Assembly (NCBI GenBank): GCA_000934665.2
Contig: JYFJ02003570.1
Coordinates: forward strand, 1 to 40,617
DNA: 40,617 nt
Reading direction: 5' to 3'
From: Catajapyx aquilonaris
Taxonomy: Eukaryota
Numbering within the stretch: the first letter of the stretch is position 1; each line of letters begins with the position of its first letter. Under the pieces are notes generated by a model. The model did no database searches and was not told the origin of the DNA. It saw nothing but the letters and a program-made list of their open reading frames with translations. The position numbers and the translations under genes were made by a program. Positions 23,026 through 35,869 of the stretch are shown here, in pieces.

Positions 23026-25907
23026 TATGCTGAAATGTAGGCCTGTTTAGGAATGGTAGACTGTAAATATATTATTGTAATAACATTTACAGAAAATTAA
23101 CAAAGCGGATTCTGTACTGAACATTCACCATCCGGATGGCTCTGCAATCAAAATTATCTAATTGGTCCAATTACTACGTGCATCCAAGTTGTTTCCTGCA
23201 ACAACGAACCGCAACGACATTAAACCGAGCATGAAGCATTTATTCAGTATTTTGACTAAATGAAGAGCGTGGTTCCCATAATTGAAGCCAAGTGCAACTA
23301 ATATTTAGTCAGCGGTATGCAGTGTATCCTGGCTGTTTGGCATCCCCTTAAGCAGTAGCAGGTTTGGCTTCTTCACTGGTTCCCCTTGGCTAACGGTGCT
23401 TAAGTCCACTTTGCAAAAAGGGGACCAAACACCAGCAGGGATCTCACCTCCTCAATCCCTGACCCTTCCGATTTCTTCTTATCTATTCACCTACTTTGAT
23501 AGTTTGGGCACGTATTAGGTGCTTATTTTGGGAATACCTTATATGCGGGGTTAAAAATTAAATGTAGGGTACATTTCTCATTGAGTCAAATTATATAACA
23601 GCTTAAGCAAAATATATTACCACACGACGTAATCTCCTGTGAAGTTTTGCTTAATCACTGATTAGCCTCAAAGCGAGTGATTGCTTCAGGAAAGTCTATT
23701 ATTTACAATCACATTGGAGTGTACAGAATATCGTGATATAACCACATGAGTCATAGTCGGCAAAACTTCCTACCATTTTCCCTAGAAAACAAGCAAGTAT
23801 TTTCTTGGAATCGTGCCTGACCTTTTTCGAAGCGATGATGTACGGCAGTGTATCTGCCAAAATACTGGACGAAGAACCGGATTGAGCAAGTGTTATGTAC
23901 ACAGGTGGTGTGATGTACGACACGTACTCGTAAAGTACCTACTTAGTCGCCTGAGTCCTCAAGCAGGACAGGATGAAACGTATATGACGCAACATTGCAC
24001 TTCAACGTGGGCGATATAGAACCGGTCACCAACTTGATTCCTCAAATGTCACCACGATGTCGTAACGAGTCATACCAAGTGCTGCAATTCTGACCTCTCT
24101 GTTCTTTTAACCGCTTCATTATAATATTTCATTGTGCAAGGTGTGTCTGCCCGGTAGTTGCTCAACGCGTAACACTGAGGTGGTAAATATCGGTCATAAA
24201 CCGAATCATAAATGCGTCTAGCCCTAGGCTCATCTTATTCTGGTTGTCACGTAGGTGGGAAATATCGCAAGACTGGTGTAAAACGCCTTGTTCTAATTAG
24301 GTGGGACTTACGACACTTTCAACCAAGTTTAGTACATACATAGGTATATACAGAGGGACAAAATACAATTGTTTAGTACCAGTACACCAAACATTGCATT
24401 TCAAGTACAATGTACACATAAACAATTTGACTCAAAAACTACTTTTTAAACTTGTTGAATTTGAAGGTATAGGGCTATTGGAACGCCCTATTCCTTGGGC
24501 TTTCACTCCAACCCCCCCATACCTGTTCTTACCCCCTTCCCACCCCCTGCGAGGCTCATCTTCAGGCACCCACCTCACAAACAAGAAAGCAAGCCAAGTG
24601 CCCCCCAAGGCAACTCCTTGGCCCACTTGGACAAAACTTGTTCTGAGCAACCGGAGAAGCTCCTAAAGGTTAGTTTTCCATACCGTCTGCTGCATTCCTT
24701 CAGCTCACATGCATTGACTTGTGTACATTGTATGGACTTCTCGTGTGTTCTTAGCCTACTTTCATCGGCTATAATATCCCATTTGGACATGGATGTCTGT
24801 GTTTGTCCTCTCTAATTCCATCAATCATTGGCTTGTTGGTAGGTCGTAAATCCTCGTCACTTGTCGAAGTTGTGTCTTCGCCAGAACCGTACCGCATTTT
24901 AGGCGTACCGTACAGTGTACACTCTAACCATTTACCTTCTCTAGAGAGGGTAAATGGTTAAGAGTGTAGATAAATGTCCACACACCAACCTTTTTGCGCA
25001 AAAATGGGAGGCACAATTTCTGTGCCACAAGTTCGGAATACCCCCCATCACATGAATGGGCAAGGCACAAATTTACAAGATGCATCACGCAATGATGACT
25101 GTCACGGATCCCACGTCCGGTCAAAACCATGCAATTTTCCAAAAGCCTCAGCAACCATTATTGAGACACGCCACACCATTTTTGCTTAGTAAGTTTTTGT
25201 TGTAAAGTTCAAAACTAGACCATGTCTGGTTGTGGTGATGCTTCAGGCACGAGTTGACCCATCAGATGTTATTTAGGATATCCTAAGGGAACAACCAAAA
25301 TTTGATGTTATTTACATCCAGGTGGTCCCTTAAAAAAAATTTGAGGAATACACAATGCTGGGGGTCAACAATTTCTCTCGCCTTTGTTTGATTTCCTGCG
25401 CACGAAGCTGTGTGACGAAAGGTAAAGAAAAATGCGATGTTTGATGATGCTGCACGCAACATCCCACAAAAATTTCTTTGGATGAGGAGGGTGGGTAAAG
25501 GGGGGGGGGGGAGGGGAGAAAAGTGGTGAAAAATGGTTTCCCCCACGACCTTTTTGAGGGAAAGTGCATCTCTCTTGACTCCAAACATTTCTTGCTTCAA
25601 ATTGCCTGCGAACCAATTTCTGACCACCCTTTGGACCCACTGTTTTTGCTCACACTTGATGGGTGGTCTCTTCATTATGGCCGCGTCCTCACCGAAAATT
25701 GCTCGGTCGTGTATGTCATAAAAAAATAGAGGGGACAAAATTGCTATAATTACGAAGATATTTGGACTGCGCTTTTTGGCTGGGATAATCTCACGGCTTA
25801 AGTGATTCTTGAATAGGTGCATGTTACTTTTGTTTATTTCTGAAGTCAACAATGACACAGTGGATGTGCTTTAATTTTTTTGTTAATTAAATTTTTAAAT
25901 AAATAAA

Positions 25908-26128
25908 CTAGGAAAACGCTCGCTCTTTTCTAGGCCTGGGGTACCTATTCGGCGCACCATATCGCCGGGGAATGGACAGTTTCCCCGGCAACCCAACAGG
26001 AGTTGTTTACACCCTATTGCGCATGAGTAGAACGCGGGCCAATGGGGAGGTGGCGGTAACAATATGCGGCGGACCAATCAGAGGGCTCGGCCAACTCCCG
26101 CAAGGATCTTAATATTATAGAATATAGA
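25908..26128 (-). mobile_element. Complete 221-bp non-autonomous Helitron
   Basis: Minus strand reads A|TCTATATT...ggcctagaaaagagcgagcgttttcCTAG|T: 5' TC, 3' CTAG, A^T target and no TSD. Related sequence at 5813-5990 and 9970-10051. Confidence 0.82.
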
Positions 26129-26709
26129 TGAAGAACTAACACAAAAATGTGTGTACTAATTCCCGTATCAAGTTTTGAGTACAGTACGCATTTTTCATGG
26201 TATACCGTAAATCTTGATAACTGGCCAGACCTCATTCTGACTGCAACGTCCAAACGATGAGGCTATAAAGCAATCGGCTGTTCTGGCGAGCCGTCGTCAA
26301 AAATTTCAAACTGCTAAAGGTTTTACAGCCGTTCCACTTCGGAAGTATGCTCTACGTGATGTGCTTCTCAATATATCAAACGGCAATTGCCTACTCGTCC
26401 CATATTTTATAATCACACACTTAATGGGAAATTTTCTCTACAGCAGGATGGAACTGTACCTAAGGCTTATATTGTGCTCATGATTCGTGATGTTTATCCC
26501 AACTCTTTTTGTGCGTTTGAAGAAAGTTATACGATGTGATAAACAATGCTGTAAAATCTCTTCGCAAATAAATTCGACCGGAGCAGTTACGTGGTACATG
26601 CAACAAGCTAACGGATAAATTACGTGCAAACAATATGAAATTATTATTTTTTAAATCCAATACTGTTTGTATACCAGTAGCAAGGTTAGTAACTGTGCAT
26701 AATTAATCT

Positions 26710-26778
26710 AGAGATCAGGACAGGTTGGTTTGCCAATAGACGACAATTGTCGTCTATTGGCAACCCAACCTGATCTCT
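26710..26778. repeat. Palindrome with a perfect 34-bp loopless core
   Basis: ttgccaatagacgacaa|ttgtcgtctattggcaa (26730-26763), with outer arms agagatcagg / cctgatctct. Confidence 0.9.
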
Positions 26779-27643
26779 GACCATATATTATTGGACACTA
26801 CATTCCAATACTTTCATTTCAAGGCTGCACTTTTTTGCAGTTCTATTTTCTATTCTCTATTTTCTATTTTCACGCCCTCTTTGGGGCAATGTGGGTGGTG
26901 ATTGGGTCGCATGTATTGCCATGTATATTTAGGGGCGGTAGTACCTAAGGAGGATACACCGGCTTGCTGGCCTTGGTGGCAGCAGGTCTTGGAATAAAAG
27001 AGGAGACTTGGAGTTGTAGAGGTCAGAGTTCACGGATGGCGTCAAGGGCTAAAAATGCAGGCGGACCAGCCCCTGGGTAACTTCGGCCCCCAAAAGAGCC
27101 CGGCACGCACTTGCTTTCATTTTAAACCCTTCCACAGGGGCGCGTCCCAAACAAATTGCGATTGTCACCTGTACTATGAGGTAGAAAAGGAGTTTTTCCG
27201 GATTTACTAGCGAATCTGCCATCAAGGTTACGAGAGTTAATTGTGTTTCCTGACAAGCCCAGAGGTAGCTTCTTCTGATGTATAAAATTTGCATAACCAT
27301 TTACTAAGCTGCTACCACCGCATTCCTGAAGAGTTCACGACCTTTACTATATTTATAGCTATTTATTGCATAGTTCGATTGGCATTCTAGGATTTTTACA
27401 TTACAATGATGTGGTAGTAGGTTAGTACATACATTAGAGTCACGTTCACTCGATGGCCTTTCAACTCGATTTGCTTGTAGGAAGTCCCGCTGCTTTGTAC
27501 CCAACGTAATATTGTAGGCCAACGTGCTTCGTAATATGCAGTAACACACGCAGAACCTACAGGTCATGGCCTGACTGTATGGGGGACAGGTGCACATTTC
27601 CTAGAATATGATTATATTGCTGGATTTGTGCTCTATTTGAGTT

Positions 27644-27712
27644 TAAAAAAAAAAAGATTTACCCCATTAGAGGGAACAGAGCCCTTTTAGGGGGGTGGAT
27701 TACCACCATTAA
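27644..27712 (-). mobile_element. 69-bp extremely 5'-truncated retroposon (shared SINE tail only)
   Basis: Perfect 14-bp TSD gctctatttgagtt (27630-27643, 27713-27726). The insert reads aatggtggtaatccaccccctaaaagggct...ggggtaaatc(T)n on the minus strand. Confidence 0.82.
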
Positions 27713-28226
27713 GCTCTATTTGAGTTATCAACCTGTATGTGACAAAATTACGTGACTTGAGCTTCCGCCACGCACGCTTCTTAACTGTGTAACATTTATC
27801 GCCATAATCTGCAACCTGCGATTCTGTTTAGAGTGTGCGAAAATTTTCAACGTGTTTCACTGGAAGAAAGTCCATATTTCAAATACACTGCAGGCCATTA
27901 CTCCCGAGGATTTCTGGTGTATTCCTTCGGCCTTGTCAACCTTCCGATAAGATAAACAGTCGGCCAATCTTTACGCCCACTTGTCATTTCTGCACGTATC
28001 TTCCGTATTCCTTGCTCTTGCACAGATGACCTTAAAGAAGCGAAGGCTCACGGAAATGAGTTTTTATTACTAAGATTTACCTGTTTGTGTTTTGTCAATT
28101 ATGAATGTCATGCGACTATTAGGCAATAAGTGAAAGGGTGCTGAACAAATACTTTCTATTTCCTCAGGTTCCTGTAAGAACCTTGAACAGATGGACCAAA
28201 GTGGCAGTTAGTGGACACCCACGGCC

Positions 28227-29603
28227 ATGTCACCAGCGCTGTCGTGTGAGGTGAGCTACCTCGGTCGTGAGAATGTGGATGGACCTGCAGATGCTAGCAA
28301 CTTGGCCAGATTGGTCCAGAGGCTGCTGCAACATAACTCCAGAGCAGCGGATGTGGGCGACAGGCGATATGTGTTGCAGTGTAGTGAACGTGGGCTTCGG
28401 TTTGACAGTGTCTGTCGGAAGGACGAAGGGTTTGAGTCAGATGACAGTGAGTCGCTGAAGTCGTCCGATGGAAAAGTGGTGCCAGGTGCCAAGTTTAACC
28501 GCGATTCGGACGAAACCAGTAGTGCCAACAGTAGTGGGTCGGATCTGGATGATCCGCCGCCATCACCATCACCGACATCATCAGTAGGCGGAGAGATGTA
28601 CGCTATGGAGGACATTGTCTTTTGCCATGCTGACCCTTCCACGCCTCATATCATAGTGTGGGTTGTTCGCAGCAAAACCATGTCCAACTTGGACGCTGTG
28701 GTGTTCCAGTGCAAAGCTGAAGAGGACGCTCGTCGTCTGTTCCAAACCTATCGAGAGGGCAGCAGCAGGCACAAGATGGAACGTTACAAGAACAACCGTC
28801 GAAAGGTGGCCGAATGGGTGGACAAAGGTGGCGTCTCGGCCAGTGTGACCTCCTCCAGTGTTTCCACATCGCCTAGGTGGAACCTGATGGAGCGCACAGA
28901 CGTGGATGGAGTGACCCACCTGGAAGTGACCAGTCCCGTTCCGGTCAAAGAGGTGGCAACGGCGGTCGCAGCCACCGCCAATAATGTGGAATCCAAAGAC
29001 AGACAGAGGCATCCGGCATACCTGCTGACCCCACAGAGGCCGCAAAGGGGCAACTTTGTGCACCGGAATAAGACACCCACGGTCGCGTCTCCAAAATTGG
29101 TGTTAATCCCGGTCAAGAACTCGCCTCAAAGAAGTACCGCATACCCAAAGGAACCTCATGTGATCCGTGGTGAAGTGGTGCGGGTGTTGGTGAGTCCTCC
29201 TCAACCAAACTCCCAGCAAGCCCTCAGTTGGTGGTGCTTGGAGTTGGCTGAAGCCAAAAAGAACGGACTTTGCTCTGTCAATGTGTGGCCTCCTGAAGCT
29301 TTTCTACATGATGGTACACACAGGCGCAGTCGCAGCAAGAGTCCAGTGCGTCACCATGGCCCTCACATGCAATACCATCAACCGGAGGCCATCAGGTTCC
29401 TCACCCCTGACGTGTCCAAATCCTCAGGGCTGTCCAGGAAACTAAAAGGAATTGGTGATGCTGTCAAGTCCCGATGGGGTCCACCAGTTCCTCAAGGACC
29501 TCCGCCAAAACCGGTCATCAAAAAGACGCAGAAGAAGGATGGCGTAGAGCAGCACAAGAAAGTCACGTTCAGTGCGTTTGCCACTGTCCAAGTTGTCGAC
29601 TGA
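28227..29603 (+). CDS. Uncharacterised PTB/PID-domain protein with a C-terminal RVxF-like motif, 458 aa, single coding exon
   Basis: Acceptor tttcctcag| at 28167, gccATG start. VSYLG..helix..VLQCSERGLRF and IVFCHADPSTPHIIVWVVRSK..LDAVVFQC..EEDARRL fit a PTB fold; the protein ends KKVTFSAFATVQVVD. Confidence 0.82.
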   Translation: MSPALSCEVSYLGRENVDGPADASNLARLVQRLLQHNSRAADVGDRRYVLQCSERGLRFDSVCRKDEGFESDDSESLKSSDGKVVPGAKFNRDSDETSSANSSGSDLDDPPPSPSPTSSVGGEMYAMEDIVFCHADPSTPHIIVWVVRSKTMSNLDAVVFQCKAEEDARRLFQTYREGSSRHKMERYKNNRRKVAEWVDKGGVSASVTSSSVSTSPRWNLMERTDVDGVTHLEVTSPVPVKEVATAVAATANNVESKDRQRHPAYLLTPQRPQRGNFVHRNKTPTVASPKLVLIPVKNSPQRSTAYPKEPHVIRGEVVRVLVSPPQPNSQQALSWWCLELAEAKKNGLCSVNVWPPEAFLHDGTHRRSRSKSPVRHHGPHMQYHQPEAIRFLTPDVSKSSGLSRKLKGIGDAVKSRWGPPVPQGPPPKPVIKKTQKKDGVEQHKKVTFSAFATVQVVD

Positions 29604-32600
29604 GTACTTTCCGAGACTTTTGTACAGTAGTGGGAAATAGTGACATTGACTGAGTCCGACATGTTTCTTCTGACCAAACATTATTAACAGACAACTTCAG
29701 AATAGCATCAGACTTGTGTAATATTTTGAATCAAAATTTTTAACGTGTAACATTTTCATTTTGTAATTTTGTTCACCCTCCAAGGTGGTAGTAATTGATT
29801 CCAATATTAGAAACATTTACTAAATTACCATTTTCAACTCGAGACACACTTTGACTATAGAAGCTAGAACTAAAACAAAGTGGGACTCACTATTATACCA
29901 TTTCTAAACATCAGAGCAGCTGAGAGCATGCTAATTTTTGAGCAGAAGTGACACTGGTATCTTGACTAAGTGTGCCAAACACTTAATAGCAAAATAATTA
30001 GCATGGTGAAAGGTTTTTCCCCCTTATTCTCAGGACCTTTTTTTGTTGGCCAAACGTAGCCAGTACGAGTCGTGTAACTCACTTAGTCATGCACCGTCAG
30101 GAAGCGATCATGCCAATGCTGGAGCAAAGAGTCCTTCCTTTCAGTTGCAAATTGAGTGTCGACACACTGTAGTCACTCTTGTTGATGTTATTAAAGCGAT
30201 TTTGCCGCCAACCTGTTGCAGTTTTATCATTTGAACGTTGTCTTTGTCATTGAGTCGCCATTGCGCGTCCTCGTAACGGTCATAACCACGTGGTCATAAC
30301 GGTCAAATCTGCCATTTTTGCCAGGATTACATGTATGGGTACTCAATGATAATGACAACGACGTTTGTGTGAATCCATGCAAGTCCGAAGGTGTTTTTAT
30401 AGCCGTTGTCAACTGATCACGTCCTTCGCTAGAGTGCTCATTTGGTGCGGAGTAACGGAACCTTCCCTTGTTATGGTAAGTCTACTTTTTACTCCGATAC
30501 TGATTGGATGGACGCGAAGGTACGCAGGGTCGTATAATTTAAAAATAAAAAAATTAGCCCTTAAAAATTACTTTCCCCGTACAAAGAGCACCGCCTTTCC
30601 TCACGGCCTTATGCAGAACGTGGCTCCGATTGTCTACGTAATCAGGCAAATCTCTCCAGAAGAAGACCTTGACTTTCTCAAAGAAGCGACAGGAAGTGAA
30701 GGCTGTTGTCATTGCTCTTTGAACGTTTCTTGAATCGCCTGCAAATTAAGGTTGGGGAAGAAGATCGTTGACCCAACATTTTGCTTCTCAATCCAGTTCT
30801 TCCTGTTCAAGGAGCAAGGTGAAACTTTATCTACCCGACATTGCTGGAAAGCTGGTGGGGGTTGCTGAACACACCCTGTATCTTGTATCGGAATTGCGTT
30901 CGAGTGCAGCCGATGATTGGAGCCGTTAGGCATTGGGCGTGATGTGGCTGCATTTTGTGGGAAACAGTTGCTTCCGCTCTGGTTTCCTTTGCCTTCCACC
31001 TTGTGGCCCAGACCCATAGTTGGACTCTCAGAGACTGGGTCAGTGGGGAAAAGTCTCGCTTCAGAGGATTTCAGGTATTCTTCACCGGGTCCCCCAGACC
31101 AAATAAAAGGGACTGATGGAAAATGAGGGGACGAACTGAGCGTGAGAACACGGAATTCTGGAGGAACGTATATTTTTTTCTGGTCAGCTCGAGGGATTTT
31201 TTTTGGCGAAATACGAATGGTTACAAACAGGCTCAAATGCCGGTAATTTTGGGGTGTAATGTGGGGATGTAAAAGGAAACATGCAGTTAGGTTGAACTAA
31301 TAATACTGACAAAATACGGGTATATGGTTCAGAACACGAGAGAATTGCCCAATTGTAGCTTCATTACTGACAATGCTCATTATGTACTTGAAAAAAAATC
31401 AGAAGGGAACAATGAATAAGCAAAAAATATGGCACTGTTTCATTTAAAATATTTTATTGCACAGAATTACTGTAATGTTATTTATATTTCTGCTTTCCAA
31501 TTATATCTGTACAAACACGGCTCTCTTTATAGGTCATAACACTTTACGTCAATTATTGCTCCCAAAATGTTTTTATAATAAAAAGAAATATTGACGTCAC
31601 ACCTATCGCGTGCCCATCACTACCAGTGGTCATCCTGCTATATACTGGCTTGACTTCCTGGCCAGCATGCAGGACCAGTTCGTGATTCTGAGCACCCTGA
31701 AAGAAGACTCTAACACCATAGTACACTGCTAACCAGAATAAGTTTACCATTTTTTCCCCTGCTGTTTCTGCACCAATACTTGTTTGGTAAAGGGCAAAAG
31801 TTTTGCGTGAGGGCATCGAGATTGGTCAGCATGCCTGACGTAACCACGAAGTACCAGCTTATTCTACCCTACTAATCACCTCGACCTGCAAGTGCAAATG
31901 CAAGTTAGGTTGACCTTGCCAGCTAACGTCACATGAGGTGAATTGTTTATGATGCATAATTTGTCCTAGATTTAAGTTGCAAAAATTGTAAATTATTATG
32001 CCAGGTAGTTGGCAGCCTGTCATAGTATACGTGACTTTCTGCTCGTTAACTTATCATTGAAATTGCAAAAAATATATGATTTTTTTAAAAATTACATTTT
32101 CCGCCAAAATAGGATTCAGAGAGTGGACTTTTGTAATACAGAGATCTGCGATGCATTTTCTTGCGCACCTGTACAGAGGTCACCTTCAGGTTATACAAAA
32201 CGCAAAATGTGGGAGTTTTTTTTACTGGCGTGTTTCCTGTACATCTGTCACCATAACTTTTCATCGCTTGGAAGCATTTACGTCACATTTTACCTACTAC
32301 GTGATAATACTATTTAAAACCTCAAAATGTCTGTCACACCTACTTAACCTTTATGAATCCAGCTCATATATCCAGTCAATCCTCTTGGTACTCCTGTGGT
32401 CAAGTAACCGTTAGAAGGGCGCTATGAGAGTTGGTCAGTCATACCTCCACCGTATAGTACGTGTTCTCATGTGTATATGGTTGCCTCGTGCCACTTGGGA
32501 AGCCTGTTTATTCCCTTCAATTTCCCCTGGCTGAAATCCTTGGCCGTTTTCAAGCTCCATTAGGAATGGACTTTGGGAGACGCTTCCCTTCTTCTAGTTT

Positions 32601-35600
32601 TGACATGGAGGACGACCTTGGCGCCTCATCAAGGTGGTCTTGTGGCCCCTAGGACTACCTCCACCTATTATGGTTGCAATTGGCTCAGCCCCATTGATTT
32701 GCTGCATATCAATCAGTTATTTATTTCCTTTAATAACAAGTGAGGACAAGTGGTGCCTAGTGCACATTTTGTTGGTTCAAGTGCAAAAAATGACTAATTA
32801 TTTCAGCTATTATATTATTTTTCCTGTAATAATGAGCAATGTGGGAATTTTTAGGACGCTGCTTTGTGGGAGCAAGATAATCTTAAACAACGTAATGTGT
32901 GATTTCTGAGAAATTGCATATCTGGGGGCTCTGTAACATGTCGAAATAGTTGTGCAGAAGACCTTGAATTCCATGAGTACAGCCAACTTTATGCATGGTA
33001 GCTCGTCAGACAGATGGGAAAATCCAGGCCTTTCCGATTCCCATTTCCGTTACCTGCTATTACGTTAAATAAGTCAAAATTATTAATCCAAGTCACGAGC
33101 TTTGGCAATTTTTGGGAGAAAATATCATTTCGGCTACTAAATTAATTAAACCAATTTAAAAATGGCAAAATCGACTTTTAACCAGCTGAACATGTACGAA
33201 TATTGATATAAAAACAATTTTGTTTAATATACTATAATATAAAAATGTGAGGTTCCAAATGACAGCCTGATGACGCCAGCAGATATGAAAGCTGACAGAA
33301 TTTACAGCCCTTGACTTATTACTGGTTGCAATTTCCTCAACTGGCTGATTATTAAAGTCCATTGCGCAAAGTGGATCAGCAGGTCGCTCGTTTTTATTCC
33401 TCTGAAACCGGAATGACGGAAATGATTACGCAATAGTCGGTTGCATTTCAGGCTGGAAGTTTTGCGGCGAAGGGATTCAGACCGATTCGGAACCGCACAA
33501 AAACTTGGGCCCGGGTGTTTAATCGAACAAGTTCCACCAAATTATTCGGCGAGGAAAAGGACGTGTTAAGGTACATTCTTTGGTGGTTTGTGACTTGGAC
33601 CGAGTCAACCTACATGCGAAAATATCTCATAGAGCCATTTTGTACCGGATCCTAGTTCCGTGCATTGTTTCCGGCTCGCCTGTTTGCAGTACTAGTTAAT
33701 ATACAGTTATATTTTCATATGGATTTGGGACAATTGCAGGCAATAAATGAGGGTTGACCAAAAGAGCCGGTTTTACTTTGCTCAATTCTGGATTGTAATG
33801 TCCGGAATATTTTTATGGTCAAAATATTGAATAGCTGTGATCGGAGTTTTTTGAATGCTAAAATATGAGCCACAATTTATTGCAAAATTCCATATGATTA
33901 GAACATGACTGGATTCATGACGTGTGTCTATACATAATTATACAAAATTAATTGGACAACAACTATATAGGATAGGATAAATGCCTGACAGTGATGTTTA
34001 TCAGTATGCATTTCTTAATGATGATTATGCCATTAATCCTGAAAGAAATGCATATGGACAACATATCAGACATTTATCCCATCCATAGGTGTCCCATTGT
34101 ATTAATGAAAATTTCAAAAATTCGAAACAGTCTCAGGCATTTTTGATAAAGGATTCTCAGGACCATGTATATTATTTTTGCTGATCCCCTGCACTTGTTA
34201 CAGTGCACACAAGTTTAACACCATATTTACGATGAAACTGTTATTGTTAACTATTAATTCAGTACAGCTTTAACCGATTTTTGTGAAGCAATTTAATTCG
34301 CCTATGATCTGGAAATACGTATCAAGATAAATTATTAATATATTATTTACAGCCTTTAATTGGTTTTTGAAAGCGCATAATGAGAGAGGTTAATTATTCG
34401 AGAAATTATATCAGAAAATTACTAAAGAAACTTCGAACAAACAGCATGTTATGCCCGGTCATGCCACTCAATTTATTACGCCTAGAAAAAAGTTCAAATA
34501 TGAAACTCATCGTTATTTACTAGGTAAACACGCGATATTGCTGGACAAACTGATTATAGAAAATTTTACTCTTCAGTGTTCTGGAAAGTTTGCATGCATA
34601 ATTTCCAAAGGCCTGCATGGGTGTGACAGAGAAAGCCACAAAACGCGTATCCTCAGATACTTTCACCCACACCTGCGACACTTCCCCGTTTATGAAAAGG
34701 TACTGGTCCGGTAGTTTGGCACCTGCGGATATCCGGATAGCCTGTTAATGATTCAAAAGTATATGCAAATAATCACATTGAAGGCGTGTCTTATAAAGAC
34801 AACCAAAGAAAGTGGACCGCACTGTTTTTCAATTATTCTTTAGAGCAACAGTGAAAGTGAGTTTCATTATCACCTGTTTGTCACATCACTTGTCACAAAC
34901 AATAACACCCCCATAGTATTGAAAACAATTTTTTTTTCAATTCGTATTTCAAAGGTGACAGTAATACTTTTTTACGACACTCCCACTGTAACTGTAACTA
35001 ATATGTCCTTGCATATCTAACGTCGGACACCGACATTTTTGCGTGCATGTCAAATCGGACAATAATACACCTTGAAGTAGAACAATAATAATTAAGCCTG
35101 ATTTGGTCATGGAAAAGTGATCCCAAAGTATGCTGGGCGTGATTAGCCCTAGTTTTCCGGTACTGTGGCTAAATTAGTCCGACGACAGTACAGGACTTTC
35201 CCCCCCCGATGCATTTGGCCGAACATTGGTATGGTTGGTTTTGTGTTTGTGTACGTGAAAGTGGGCGTGACGTGAGGGCCAGGGGCAATGAGATAATCAG
35301 TCTTTCCTCCCTTTCTCGTCATGTAATCTTGTGCATTGATGCGCCATCCAAATATTCCTGGAAAAGCCCCTCGTATCAAGCGAAAGTTAGAATTAGCTTT
35401 AGGCCAGGGATCGAATCAAAAATTTAATTTCCGGGTTCGTAGCATGTAAAAATTTTGTCGATATTACGATCTTGCACACATGATTTAAAACCTGTATGAG
35501 AAGATGCAATTCAATTTGTCCCCCATCATATAATGAATGGGTTGTAAGTTGTATTATTAATTTCTTGGAATTGGATTGAGATAATATGTTTTTAATGGGC

Positions 35601-35869
35601 CAGTATTGCGACACAGCATATGGTCTGGAAACAATGAAATTATATTGCTGATTCACATAATGGAAATTATGCTTGTTGAATCATACTGTATTGCAACAAA
35701 ACCTGTCCCTATAACAGTGTCTTCGGCAAAACGATTTTATTGCAGGTGTCCTAAATTGCGACAAAACTGTATTGGTAACAATCTGAAAAAAAGCGTCTTC
35801 AGGTCACTTAGAGCAAAAAGTCCCACTACTTTTCTACATGTCCCATATTTACTACAAAATCTTTTTACT

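Noticed and set aside
25283..25858. 191-aa minus-strand ORF
   Set aside because: Runs through a G-rich MITE-like repeat; no domain or splice support.
28256..29116. Several minus-strand ORFs
   Set aside because: Antisense shadows of the GC-rich PTB gene CDS.
31553..31816. Possible MULE transposase remnant (TMVLESSFRVLR-like frame)
   Set aside because: The resemblance is too short and frameshifted to support without a search.
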